From assembly GCA_030141605.1 (NCBI GenBank), contig JAQGDQ010000260.1, forward strand, positions 186,001-250,000: a stretch of DNA of 64,000 nt, given 5' to 3'. The position numbers and the translations under genes are program-made. Positions within the stretch are counted from its first letter, which is position 1, and each line of letters begins with the position of its first letter. Shown here in pieces: positions 48,001 through 60,314 of this stretch. The stretch is from Tubiluchus corallicola (Eukaryota; Animalia; Priapulida). The notes beneath the pieces were generated by a model that did no database searches, had not been told where the DNA came from, and saw nothing but the letters and a program-made list of their open reading frames with translations.

Positions 48001-51000
48001 TAGCAATGACAGGTTCAGCCACTGAATACTAGCTCCCGGTTAGTAATGCATGGGGAAGTAAGGAGAACAAACTTAATTAAAAAAAGAACTGTATTTCAAT
48101 ATTTCAGTTAATTTGTTGTCAATGTATAAGAAAAGACATGAAGACATTTACTGATTATACTCGTTACTTGTCTAGTCCACTATGCCACAAATAGGCCTAA
48201 TTATCTCCTCATTAATTTTGCAATTGATTAATCAGATTAAGTCTAATTTTTATAACATCACTTCGCATATTAAACAAAAACTGTGTTCAAGGCAAAGCAA
48301 ATAGATATATTGAAAAAGTCAAAAATTATTTGGTAATCACGGCTACCTTATTATAGGCATCTTCCCAGTGGCTTAGCAAAAAGAGGTTTCATTCCATCCA
48401 TTCAAAATGGGCAAAAACCGGTGGCCAACGTTGTGGTTACCTCCTGTATGGAAGCATATGTGTGAATTGAAGGACAAATATAATATGGTTATTAATTACT
48501 GATAGATTTTAAACATCTATAAGTATTATATTATAACGATTATAACGATATTAGACATTATAACGATTCTGGTTTGGAGGACCAAAACTCAACCTTATTG
48601 TTCTAACCCAATCTTACAACTCCCTGCTCGTTCTACTTAACTGCCGACAGAAGGCAGCTCTATACAGCATAAAGCCTAGATGGCCTAATATTAAGATACC
48701 ACAACAAGATCGAAAATAAGAATCGAACAGTATGATATTTCATCGTCATCTTCATCAGGACGACGAAATGGCTAATTGGACATTGTATCGTTCACATAAA
48801 ATGGAGATTTTGCTAAGTAACTGTCATTGAATACTAAGACAGGTTGACCAGTCTAGCTAGCAATTACACTGGCTGCCTGTTTTTATTTTGATCTTTCCTA
48901 TCTTTCTGTTTTTCTTTTATTTTAGTGTGCTTGCAAAAATAACCGCTCAAAGTGCAAAATGTTGTTAAAAATGAAAGAAAAGTTTAAAAAGATTGGTCAT
49001 TAGATGAACATTTATTACAGACTCAATAGCATGTCCAGATAAGGCATTTAGATATAGGATCTAAAAAATAATGTGTATTTTAAGCACAATATCTTCCTTA
49101 ATCTGACTCTTCGTAAGTGCACATTTCGATAGCGTCCAGCACTGAGTGAATTTGAGAAACATCTCCACTTTCATTTAAAAACAGACTTTTTGGCAGTTTT
49201 CTAGGAAGAAAACATGAATTTCTTTAAACCAAGTAGGACGAGTGAATAACTGAGAGGTATTTACAAGATTAAAACAACATCCACTTACTAAAAAAATAAT
49301 ATCTACAAAAATAAGAAATATAGTAGGGCCTACAGCGCATAATACGGGATCGTGATGGTTAATCACGTTCCGCTGGTGAGTACGTCTATATGGGCCAAAA
49401 CAGGGGCGTAGTTTTAACTGCGTAAATCCACTTTGGCTACATATAGGACCTATATTGTAAAAGGTATGAACTATTTCAGCTTGACAAGTTCACTTGGGCC
49501 CAACCTTTCTTGGAACTTACCTTACAGATGAACAAGCCCATGTTAAGCCATGTGGTACGTGGATTTACATTTAGGCACACCCATTTGGGCCCATATGTAA
49601 GTTCTTCAGTGGGTGTGCTACAAGGACAAAATAAGAATGCGTCCATAATGAGTGTCAATCTTAATTGAGCCCAGGTGTGATCCATTTGGGCATGTTGGCT
49701 TCAGAAATTTAGCTAGCTGCACTGTTGAAAAAAATCAAAACTAATCTTATATTGACATCAAACTGATAAAAATATGAATATTGTGTAAATGTTTGTTAAC
49801 TATGGTGTTTCAGCATTAGTTTCCACTGGCACCCTCAATGCAAGTATGAATAGAATGCTTATCCTAGGTTAGGCTGTTTGATATTTCAAAAAAATTTGGC
49901 CTCGCAATGTCGTTTTTTGTTATATAATTGAATATATAAGTTTATAATTAAATATTTAACTTTTGTTATTAATTTATTTTAATATTGTATGAGAAATACT
50001 TCATTGCTGCCGCAGTTTGACTAAACACGTATATAGAGAATCAAGTATTTAAACAATGATTCGTTTTAAATCAAAATTAATAAAACATGTCAGAAATCTG
50101 GCCTAATGATCTGTATGGAGATGTAACGAGTCAACGAGTTGTAGAGAAGCAATATAGAAAAGTTGCCAAAAAAACAGAAAAAGAGAATAGATGGGCGGAT
50201 ATCTGCGAGAGAACGGGGAATACAGATGTGACAAGCATGAAAGTGAAGTCAGAAATGACGATTTGACTGAGCCTGTGATAGACTGTGGTAGCTAGCAAAT
50301 ATTGAAAGTGAAGCTAGTCAGACCAGCGCCTCAATAAGCACCACTGATCATTTATCGATCTCAGTTGACTTGTCTGTAAAACAATTAACTAAAGAAATTG
50401 GAGAATTAAAATATATTCAGAGGGCTATGCCTGTAGGGGAGAATGCTAACGAAACTAAGAAAAAGCAAAATGTTATAGTCATGAAGCTACCCTCACACTT
50501 AATCAACCATTGTTGTCAGCGTAGTTCATTATACTTTTTGCATACGTGAAATAAATTGTTCTTATGTCTTATACTATAGCTTAAGATGACTTAAACAGGA
50601 AATACTCGAACATTGAATAACAGGATGATACACCGACCGAGCAAATTAGAAAACTATTGTGCAGCAACAAGAGCTTGCCATGGGAAGATACGTTATTTTT
50701 GGGCCAGCTGAACCCGAAGACGATTGTCTCCAAAATGATAACAGGGATTCTTCAACTGGATCAGAAAAATTAAACTCTGAAGAGGCCGGGGATAAAGCAA
50801 CACATTCTGCAGTAAAGCAGCAATACACATTCTACTTGCAATTAGCCAAAATATGTAAAAAGTGTGTTGAAAGGTTGTCGTTTAACTAATCTAGGTTTAG
50901 CATGCCAAAGGATTCTGCACATAGATTTAAATGTTGCGCGTGCGCAGAGAAATGCTACTAGACTCCACAAATAATTATTGTGAGGTAACAATGAGCGTCA

Positions 51001-51284
51001 TTTATACGATTGGAAAATTTATTGTGCAACAGAAACTTCGTTTATTAAATCATTATGAAATGGTATTATAATTCCACTTAACTGTTGGAATTGAACGCCA
51101 ATACCTTCATAGCCAGACAAATCCAATGGATTCTGTTTAAACAATACAACAATAAAATTTTCGCTTCTTGAGCTAAATATTGCTCTGGATTTCTTTGGCG
51201 ACTGTAAGTTTGGCGGAACAACAAGATTTCAACACAGATCATGCTATTCTAATCGAACTTGAACAAAGCTGGTGACTGGTGACC

Positions 51285-52343
51285 ATGGGTAGTTGTAGGA
51301 ATTACGAAGCTGTGCTTAAGGATTTCGTCTTTCGAAGATTTAGACTTAGTCTGTTTTTTATGTGCTTTCTGTTACTTCTGCCATATCTGCCATCTCTTTT
51401 ACCCGTAATTAACTTCAGTGCCAGATTTCTTTTCCGGCACAAAAATTTAAGACCAGCAATCGCTGCAAATCAACAAAACATATCTATTACACCAAAATTT
51501 GTAATCCCGAATGTTGTGCATTATTTCTGGACTGAACCTAAGGGGAATTATTACCATTCGATGCGGTTCTGGAAAATGTTAGGACCAATCAGTGCTTACA
51601 AAATTCTCAAGCCTGACAAAATTATCCTACACTGCAAAGAGAAACCTTCTGGGAAATGGTGGGATGAAATATTTAGGATAGTGCCGATTGACATCGACAT
51701 CATTTATGAACCAGTAGTTATCTTTGGACAGCCAATCTTTGTAAAAGCTCATCGTGCTGATGTGGCACGTCTTCAGATCTTGAGAAAATATGGTGGCATC
51801 TACTTAGATTTGGATGTTGTAGTCCTCAAGCCTTTTGACGATTTAAGGGTACACGATTGTGTGTTAGGAGTGGAAACTGGCCAGAAAAGGGACACGGTTA
51901 ATCTTACTAATGCTGGAGTTATATTAGCAAAACCTAATTCGGCTTTTTTGAACATGTGGTATGAAGGTTACAGACATTACCACGGTAACTGTTGGTTGTG
52001 TAACTCTGCTAACGTACCTAACCGTATTAGAAAAAAGCATCCAAACTTAGTTCACATAGAACCCAATATCTGGCATGACACAAGCTACAAAATTTTTAAG
52101 AAGCGCGTGAATCTGACTGGCATCTATGCATATCATATGTGGGCTTCTTCAGGAATGATGCAGCATCCAATTCCAGGCCTCAACTCCGCCAATTTGAGAC
52201 CAGGGAATACCTATAAATTGAAGAACACATTCGGCGATCTAATTAGAAGATTTTATCTTAAGAGTTATGGGCCGAAACGGAATAAGTCCAAATCCATAAC
52301 TAAATCTGGGACAACGTCTACAAAAGGTAACTTCCCAGTGTAG
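51285..52343 (+). CDS. GT32-family glycosyltransferase (DXD motif, alpha-1,4-GlcNAc/Gal-transferase-like), copy 1, intronless
   Basis: ATG 51285; short cytosolic tail and TM helix (type II membrane protein); IPNVVHY, H.ADVARLQILRKYGGIYLDLD, NAGVILAKPNS.FL..W. Confidence 0.92.
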   Translation: MGSCRNYEAVLKDFVFRRFRLSLFFMCFLLLLPYLPSLLPVINFSARFLFRHKNLRPAIAANQQNISITPKFVIPNVVHYFWTEPKGNYYHSMRFWKMLGPISAYKILKPDKIILHCKEKPSGKWWDEIFRIVPIDIDIIYEPVVIFGQPIFVKAHRADVARLQILRKYGGIYLDLDVVVLKPFDDLRVHDCVLGVETGQKRDTVNLTNAGVILAKPNSAFLNMWYEGYRHYHGNCWLCNSANVPNRIRKKHPNLVHIEPNIWHDTSYKIFKKRVNLTGIYAYHMWASSGMMQHPIPGLNSANLRPGNTYKLKNTFGDLIRRFYLKSYGPKRNKSKSITKSGTTSTKGNFPV

Positions 52344-52559
52344 CTAAGCATGGACGTTTTGTTGTAGGTCTTTAATCAGATTTGGTAAAATGTCATAAGA
52401 TGTTTTGGCAAAAATAATAATGACGTTTTCAACAAATTAGTTATTCTTGGACCTGTTGAAGCACTTAGTAAATTAACAATGCCAAGCGTCTTTCAAATTC
52501 AAATACAAAGATACACACTTATAATAAATGTACTTTTTATGTGTTTTTTAATGGAAAAC

Positions 52560-52915
52560 AGGCAAGTGTGAACTGCTTTGTGAGTTACTGTAGGCAAGTT
52601 ATTGCAGGCTCTCCAACAGTTGCTGCGAGTTGGTTTCCTGCAAGTTACCGTTTTTTGTGAACGGTTCAACAAGTTACTCTCGGACACTTCTCGCAGTAAA
52701 TAGAGAAGGGAGTGCCAGCTTGTGCTTACTGTCGCAGAGTAACGAGCAGCAAGTTTTGCAGTAAGCAAGAAAACTTGCGTACTATTTGCTTACGGTGCGA
52801 GTTTTCCTCCTAAGTAACTTGTAAGCGTGTTCACACTAGAAAGAATCGGACTAGTCACTTTCCAACAGTAAATGCGAGTTGACTCTCCGCAAAACTTGCG
52901 ACATCTCTTTCGAGA
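52560..52915. mobile_element. Degenerate repeat co-duplicated downstream of the GT32 copies (also ~55270-55620 and partly ~61600-61735)
   Basis: Collinear blocks with gtgtgaac/gttcacac motifs follow each GT32 gene. Confidence 0.55.
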
Positions 52916-53262
52916 GATTTCAGGTTAGTCAGCAAGACGGCGAGATTTTAAGGACGACATTGATCAGGAAAATAAGAAGCATAATTACATTATTTATGTT
53001 ATTTTTGTCGTTGTTTTTGAATAGAAATTTATAATTTTAATGCAATTTACTATAATTCGTAATATAGTCCCTACCCCAAAGATTGGCACATCATCACAAC
53101 GCAAGGCCACATCAGGAACTACGGCGGCTGCCCGAGGGATAATGACCACCATGCATGCAGCCATAACGAAATACCTGAAACTTTACAAACAAAATAATAA
53201 TGAAAGTAATGACAAGCTGATATTCCATTTATACAGAGTGGTTAGTTAATTGCTGCAAATTA

Positions 53263-53349
<87 letters not shown>

Positions 53350-53357
53350 CATTATTA

Positions 53358-53403
<46 letters not shown>
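53263..53403. repeat. (ATT)n microsatellite
   Basis: ~47 near-perfect ATT units. Confidence 0.98.
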
Positions 53404-53947
53404 GCTTATAACAATATTAGTTAAGCACTTTATAGCAAGTATCATGTTTTCAAAGAAATATTCCTGTTCTCAGAAACTTTTATAAGTTTGAATGTGCGAA
53501 AGATGCTATTATCTTGCGCCTTGATAGGTGCTCTTCTGATGCATGCGAACTACAAGGTTATGCTAGAGGACCATGAGGTTTGAATATTGATTTAAAAGTC
53601 GCGCGTGAACAGAAAAAGATTGCTAGACTCACAAAAATTGTGAGGTAACAATGAGAGTCATTTCTATGACTTTGCAAAATTTATTGTGCAGCGGAAGCTT
53701 CGTTTATTACATCATTACAACAATGGTGTTACTTAACTGTTGGAATCAAATGCAAATACATTCAAATCCAGGAGAAAATTCTGATGGATTCTTGTTAAAC
53801 AATTCAAGTAATTTTTTTCGTTTGCACTAAATATTGCCCAGATTTCTTTGGCGACTCTGAACTGGGTAATTCAGTGGCACAACAAGCTTTCAGCACAAGC
53901 CTCAAGCTGTGCTAATCAAACTTGGATAAAGTTACGCTGGTGACTGC

Positions 53948-55015
53948 ATGGTGGCCATGTGTAGATTCAGGAATTACGAGGCTGTGCTTAAGGATTTCAC
54001 CATTCGAAGATTTAGACTTATTCTGGTTTTTGTGTGCTTTCTATTACTTCTGCCGTATCTGCCATCTCTTGCACCAGAGACTAATTCTAACACCAGATTT
54101 TTTTTCCAACAGAAAAGTTTAAAGCCAGCGATTGCTGTAAGTCAGCAAAACAAATCTGTTACACCAAAATTTGTAATCCCAAATGTTGTGCATTATTTCT
54201 GGGTAGCACCTCAGCGGGGTAATTTTTACCATCCGATGCGGTTCTGGAAAATGTTGGGACCAATCAGTGCTTACAAAATTCTCAAGCCTGACAGAATTAT
54301 CCTACACTGCAAAAAGAAACCTTCTGGGAAATGGTGGAATGAAATATTTAGGATTGTGCCGATTGACATCGACATCTTTAATGAACCAACAGTTATCTTT
54401 GGACAGCCGATCTTTGAAAAAGCTCATCGTGCTGATGTGGCGCGTCTTCAGATCTTGAGGAAATATGGTGGTATCTACTTAGATTTGGATGTTGTAGTCC
54501 TCAAGTCTTTTGACGATTTACGGGTACATGACTGTGTGTTAGGAGTGGAAACTGGCCATAGCAGGAAGACGGCTAACATCACTAATGCTGGTGTTATATT
54601 ATCAAAACCTAATTCGACTTTCTTGAACATGTGGTATGAGGGTTATAGACATTACCGTAGAAACTGTTGGCTGTGTAACTCTGCTAATGTACCTAACCAT
54701 ATCAGAAAAAAGTTTCCAAACTTAGTTCACATAGAACCCAATATCTGGCATGACACGAGCCACAAAATTTTCAAGAAGCGTGTGAATCTGACTGGCATCT
54801 ATGCATATCATATGTGGGCTTATTTTGGAATGATGAAGCATCCAACTACAGGCCTGAACTTCGCCAATTTGAGACCAGGGAATATCTATAAATTGAAGAA
54901 CACATTCGGCGATCTAATTAGAAGATTTTATCTTAATAGTTATGGGCCAAAACAAAATAAGTCCAATTCCATAAGTAAATCTGTGACAACGTCTAGTGGC
55001 AACTTCCCAGTGTAG
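53948..55015 (+). CDS. GT32-family glycosyltransferase, copy 2, intronless
   Basis: 355-aa ORF collinear with copy 1; YGGIYLDLD motif intact. Confidence 0.92.
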   Translation: MVAMCRFRNYEAVLKDFTIRRFRLILVFVCFLLLLPYLPSLAPETNSNTRFFFQQKSLKPAIAVSQQNKSVTPKFVIPNVVHYFWVAPQRGNFYHPMRFWKMLGPISAYKILKPDRIILHCKKKPSGKWWNEIFRIVPIDIDIFNEPTVIFGQPIFEKAHRADVARLQILRKYGGIYLDLDVVVLKSFDDLRVHDCVLGVETGHSRKTANITNAGVILSKPNSTFLNMWYEGYRHYRRNCWLCNSANVPNHIRKKFPNLVHIEPNIWHDTSHKIFKKRVNLTGIYAYHMWAYFGMMKHPTTGLNFANLRPGNIYKLKNTFGDLIRRFYLNSYGPKQNKSNSISKSVTTSSGNFPV

Positions 55016-56279
55016 CTAAGCATGAAAATTTTATTGCAGGTCCTTAATTAGATTAGGCAAAAAGGTGTCACAAGTTGTTTTGGCAAAAATTTTCTGGCAA
55101 CATCAAAAATTTGAATTTGATATTTTCATCAAATTAGTTATTCCTGGACCTGTTAAAAAGACACTTTAGCAAATTAACATTTAGAAGCATATTTGAAATT
55201 CCAATTCAAATTCAAATATAAAAATACACACTTATTAAAAATGTACCTTTTGTGTGTTTTAATGAAGACACAGGCAAGTGTGAATGGCGTTGTGAGTTAC
55301 TGTCGGCAGGTTATTGCAAGCTCTCTAGCAGTTGCTGCAAGTTGTCTTTCCGCAAATTACTGTCTAGTGTGAACGGATTGACAAGTTACTCTCGGGACAC
55401 TTCTCGCTGTGAATAGAGAAGGGAGTGTCAGCTTGCGCTTACTGTCGCCGAGTAACGAGCAGCAAGTTTTCCAGCAAGCCAAGAAAACTTGAGTACTATT
55501 CGTTTATGGCGCGCGTTTTCTCCCCCAAGTAATTCGTAAGCTTGTTCAGGCTAGAGAGAATCAGACTAGTCACTCTCCAACAGTAAACGCGAGTTGACTG
55601 TCAGCAAAACTCGCAACAGATCTTCTGAGGGATCTTCTGGAACTTAATTTAAACTCTAGATCCTGTGTACAATAAATGAGAGCCACTAGCTATGAATGAC
55701 TTCAGACTTCCAGTTATTTGAAAATTAACTGTTTCCTCGTGAACTTTCACTCATTAAATACACTTTTGTTATGGATAAGAATGACAAAAGTTGCTTAGCC
55801 AACTGATAAGCACAATTCTAGATTCTGTATAGTGAATTAGAAACACCAGATATGAATAACAAGTTTTAGGTTTTAAAAGAGCTTTCACTCATCAAGGCCA
55901 AATACCTCGTTTTATAGAGAAAAATGTCGAAATTGCTCAGAAAATTGGTATATGTTTCTAGATTTTGTGCAGTCAACTAAAAACATTGGTTATGAACAAC
56001 TTCAGATTTTTAGACCTTTGAAATTTAATTGCCTCTTAGAAACCTCGAAATTTCACTCATTAAACTAATTAGTTCTTCCTATAGAGGAAACTGTTGTCCA
56101 GGTAATCAATAGGTATACTTTTCTAGATCCTGTACAGTGAATTAGAAGCAGTAGCTTATGAAAAAGTTTCAGATTTTCGAAAATTGATTAACGATTAACT
56201 AACTATCTAATTAACCAAAACTAACATCGGCAATTTTATTACAGTAAGTTCTGTAACGCATGTTCCAAAAAGTTATGCA

Positions 56280-56713
56280 CAGGGGCGTATCAAGATTTTA
56301 CGACGCCCTAGGTTGATAATTCAGTCCCGCCCATCTCTATTGTGAATTTACGGTTTTTTATGTAATGAATACATTAAACAATTATTTGTGGTGTATTAGA
56401 AACACCATTAACCTAGTTTTTGCGTGGTTATTATTAATGACAAGTATTTGTATGTAATTATAGCACTTATATTCAAGCAGGATGCTCAACTGCTTGTTGT
56501 ATAGTACCTTGCACCTGTTCGTTATGTGGCACTTATATAAAAGATGCGCTCAGTTTCTACTTGTGGTGTTTTATAAAATGTGCCCTTTACACGAATATGA
56601 AAGTATACCCGTTTTCCGAGGAGAATAAGATTTTTTTTCTAAAATGTGACGCCCCTCAAACATTGGCGCCCTAGGCTATAACCTAGTAAGCGTAATTGGT
56701 TAATACGCCCCTG
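56280..56713. mobile_element. hAT-type MITE
   Basis: TIRs caggggcgtat / atacgcccctg; 8-bp TSD gttatgca / gttaagca; subterminal cgccctagg repeats. Confidence 0.85.
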
Positions 56714-56776
56714 GTTAAGCATCCGAGTTTCGTGTCGATCTAATTATTTGTTGCAAGAATATCAGAGAAAGACCAA

Positions 56777-56857
56777 TGGCACGTTCAGACGTAAAGAAAG
56801 ACTTCTCTCGCAACTTGTTGCAAGTTGCGAGAGAAGTCTATACGTCTGAACGCGCCA
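56777..56857. mobile_element. 81-bp near-perfect palindrome, probably a collapsed Harbinger-like MITE
   Basis: tggcacgttcagacgta...agacttctctcgcaacttg ttg caagttgcgagagaagtct.tacgtctgaacgcgcca. Confidence 0.7.
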
Positions 56858-57138
56858 AGATAATTGTAGACTTATGGAACGCCAAACTGGAATTTAGTGC
56901 TTATTTTTGAATATTAAAAATCATTTACGCATATCAATAAATCAATTTTGAATATTCATTAATGATTTACTCATATTAAAAATAAACATTAAATTCCACT
57001 TGGGCATTCCATATAGACATTGGACATCGGATGCATGAACATGGACCCCTAATTTAAAAAACGGAAGGTTTTCTTTAAAAAGCGTAAAATATGAAAAGTT
57101 AATTATTATTTAAATTAGCAGTGTTGTGTGCTTAATGG

Positions 57139-57810
57139 ACAAGGAAAGGGGTACCTGAAGTAGGTTTCAGAAAAATCGCCTTGAAAATTATAATACTTTA
57201 CAGCAATTTTATGCGTACATCGTACTCACGTTAAAAGGGATTTTTGTTCTCCCGCTATACTGTTCCTACGACGTCAATACATGACGTCACTACTCAAACG
57301 CAAATCAGGGGAAGAAAAGGCAATGTTAAATTATGTCCCAAAAAACTTTCCATGGAAAAGTTACTTAGCATTTCTCTTACCTGTTGGAAAGATTTATGTA
57401 AGTAATAATGTAATAATTATGTAACTAGAAACTAAAATGTTTGTAGCAGTTGGTAAAATGTTGCTAACTCACCGTCCAGGGTGCGCCACTCACTAAGCCT
57501 AAACGTATTTTTAATCTTATTGACAATATACAGTAATTTAAAATTTTATTTAGTGAGCAATATGTTTGCTACGAATGCTCTATTGATTTCTTCAAACTTT
57601 ACTCAGTGTTATCTAAATTTGTTTCAAGCGAGCTACCAGGAAAATGGCTGCGCCTAACGGTCATCGCGGGAGTTTAAATTTACACGTTTTATGCAGCGTT
57701 ACGGCCGACGCAAACCACGCATGTAAAAAGGCAGCACGAAGGTGCTATAAAATTTCAAGACGAGTTTTTAAACTTTATGTAAGTAGAGGGTTTTTTGTGC
57801 TTTAAGATAT
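57139..57810 (+). mobile_element. Non-autonomous long-TIR element, copy 2 (homologous to 5799-6442)
   Basis: Collinear similarity over ~650 bp with the 5.8-6.4 kb copy. Confidence 0.8.
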
Positions 57811-60314
57811 ACGTGCAAAGCAAACACGGTAACCTCAAACTGTGTAGATAATTACCGATGGTTGAGGTGGTTACTTAGCAAGTGGGTGGTTACTGTACAT
57901 GCTTTGCGGGTGTGATTTAAGCCATGCAATACTACTCACATAACATTGTAATTATCCCTCATGTTTTTAGGCTAAGAGAATGTTAAGCTTTATATCAAAA
58001 TCATTAGATGGAAAAAAGCAAAGTATCAACGCTTGTATTAATTAGTCATGTTTGCACCATAGTATGAAATTTAGTGTTCGCATAAACATTAGGGCTGGCC
58101 ATTTGGAAAATACTTGTCAAAGTCGATTATATTCCAGCAAACGAGTGACATCACATTAAGAAAAAGCAAACTGGTAAAGTTTTACGTGATCTGCAATAAT
58201 TAAAATTAGCTCGGTGTTCCTGGAAAACATTGTGCAAAAGTTACGGGAAAGAGGTGAACGCCGGCTCAGTTAACAAACTACAGCTAATTAAATATACAAA
58301 TTACTTACTTTCAAACTGTCTACATTAGATAATTCTTTCGATAGTTTGCTTTTCTTAATTTTTTCGTATGATATAGAGTTTTATGTTGGCCTTTAAAATA
58401 CCTTACATGAAAACGAAATGCTTTTGTATAGGCGCCAAAAATCTAATATCTTTCTACTACGTCGCCGAATCACAAATCTCAAAGCTCAGTCTGAGTAAAT
58501 TAATAAGAAGATTTAGTTTTAAAAATCTTGTAGAAAAGCTATTCTAATGCATGATCGTTCATACAGATTACAATAACTGCAATGACATTATGAGAACATA
58601 AACTGTTTTATTAAAACACCATAGTACGTTTTACAGTCGCAGACTTATTAGCTTGAGGTGGTAACGTTGTAGTTGACTTCAACAGGGAAACCCAGACTGA
58701 GTGGAGATTAACTGTAAATAGTTATGCCTACTTCACAAATAGGGCGCAACCAAAGGGATAGAGGGGGGTGTTGGGACAATTGAGGTTGCAGTTCTCTTAC
58801 ACTAATATTTCATACTAAATACTTATAATGTGTACAAAAGCTGGTAAAGTTATGCATCAGGTGAAACTTATTTTCTCGGCAACAAGTAAAAGCCAACTTC
58901 TGTCAGATTAAAAACATGAAAAGTTTCAAGAATGACTGGTATAGTGGCAATTATTAGCAATTGAATAATCAATTACATAGACGAAGAAATTAAAAATTAA
59001 TCAATAATTCGGACCTTATGAGGAGAGCCGAAGTGTAGCTTTTGAATTTTTAATGACTCGCTAATTTTTAACTCTCACATTTTTAAAGAGTCATCCATTC
59101 TCTATATTATGCGCATATGTGAAGTTTGCAGAGATACAAACCTTGCTGGATAGACGTTGATACGTGGATATCTCTAGTCAACAAGGTGCAGACGTGAAGT
59201 GAAGAGACAAAAATGATGAAAAGACAGTACTTGTGTGATCAATATAGGAGTGAATCCATAATATAGGCTGTAGGAGTGAATCTGAGCGAAATTAGGAAAA
59301 ACAAATTGATTTATACAGCAAATACTCGAACATTGAGAAAAATGACACGCTGAGTGAGTAAGTTAAAAAACTCTCAGAAATCATGCAGCAACATGGGCTT
59401 GCATTTGACATATTGGAGAAAGAAAAGCGTGCCAAATATGTCGTTATTATTGAGCTAGCTGAACCAGAAAACGGACAAAGTTACAACAGGGAATGTAATC
59501 ACATTTTAGTGACATTCTTCAACTGAATCGGAGTGATTAAACTGAACACATCTTATCCTCCCAAACTGCCGCGCCCCAAATAGCCTGCCCCATTCAACAG
59601 ATACATCGGCAATGGCAACGGTACGGAAATTAAGCAGTAAGCCTGACAATTTGATAATTTTAATTTATAGAACAACACATGCTCATATTTCTCTTCAGCA
59701 CACTGTACAATTCTGTCTGCTTGTCTGTACATTTCTCTGTACAATTGTTTCTGTACAAAATCTAAATAGCTTTTCATTTGTCTTGCTGTTATCATAATAC
59801 CATCATCTTCTATTCTGTTGCAAGAAACGACTAAGATTATGCTAAATAACTCTAAAGTCTGAACATAAAATTAAGTGTCGCGTGTGCACAGAAAAAGATC
59901 GCTAGACTCACAGAAATTGTGAAGTACCTATGAGAGTCATTTTTACGACTGCAAAGAAGCTTGGTTTATTTTTATATTATTACAACAATGGTATTACAAT
60001 TCGACTTAACTGTTAGAATCGAATGCAAATGCATTCATATCTAGAAAATTCTGATGGAATGTTTTTAACAATTCAAATATTTTTTGCTTTTTGGCACTAA
60101 TTATTGGCCGGATTTTTTTTGGTGACCCTAAACTTGCAGTTTAGTGGTACAACAAGCGTCATGCTATTCTGTTTAAACAATACAAATTTTTGCTTTTTGA
60201 GCTAATTATTACTCTGGATTTCTTTGGCGACTGTAAGTTTGGCGGAACAACAAGATTTCGACATAAGATTATGCTATTCTAATCGAACTTGAACAAAGCT
60301 GGTGACTGGTGACC

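Noticed and set aside
53260-53445. Poly-Ile ORF
   Set aside because: Translation of the (ATT)n microsatellite.
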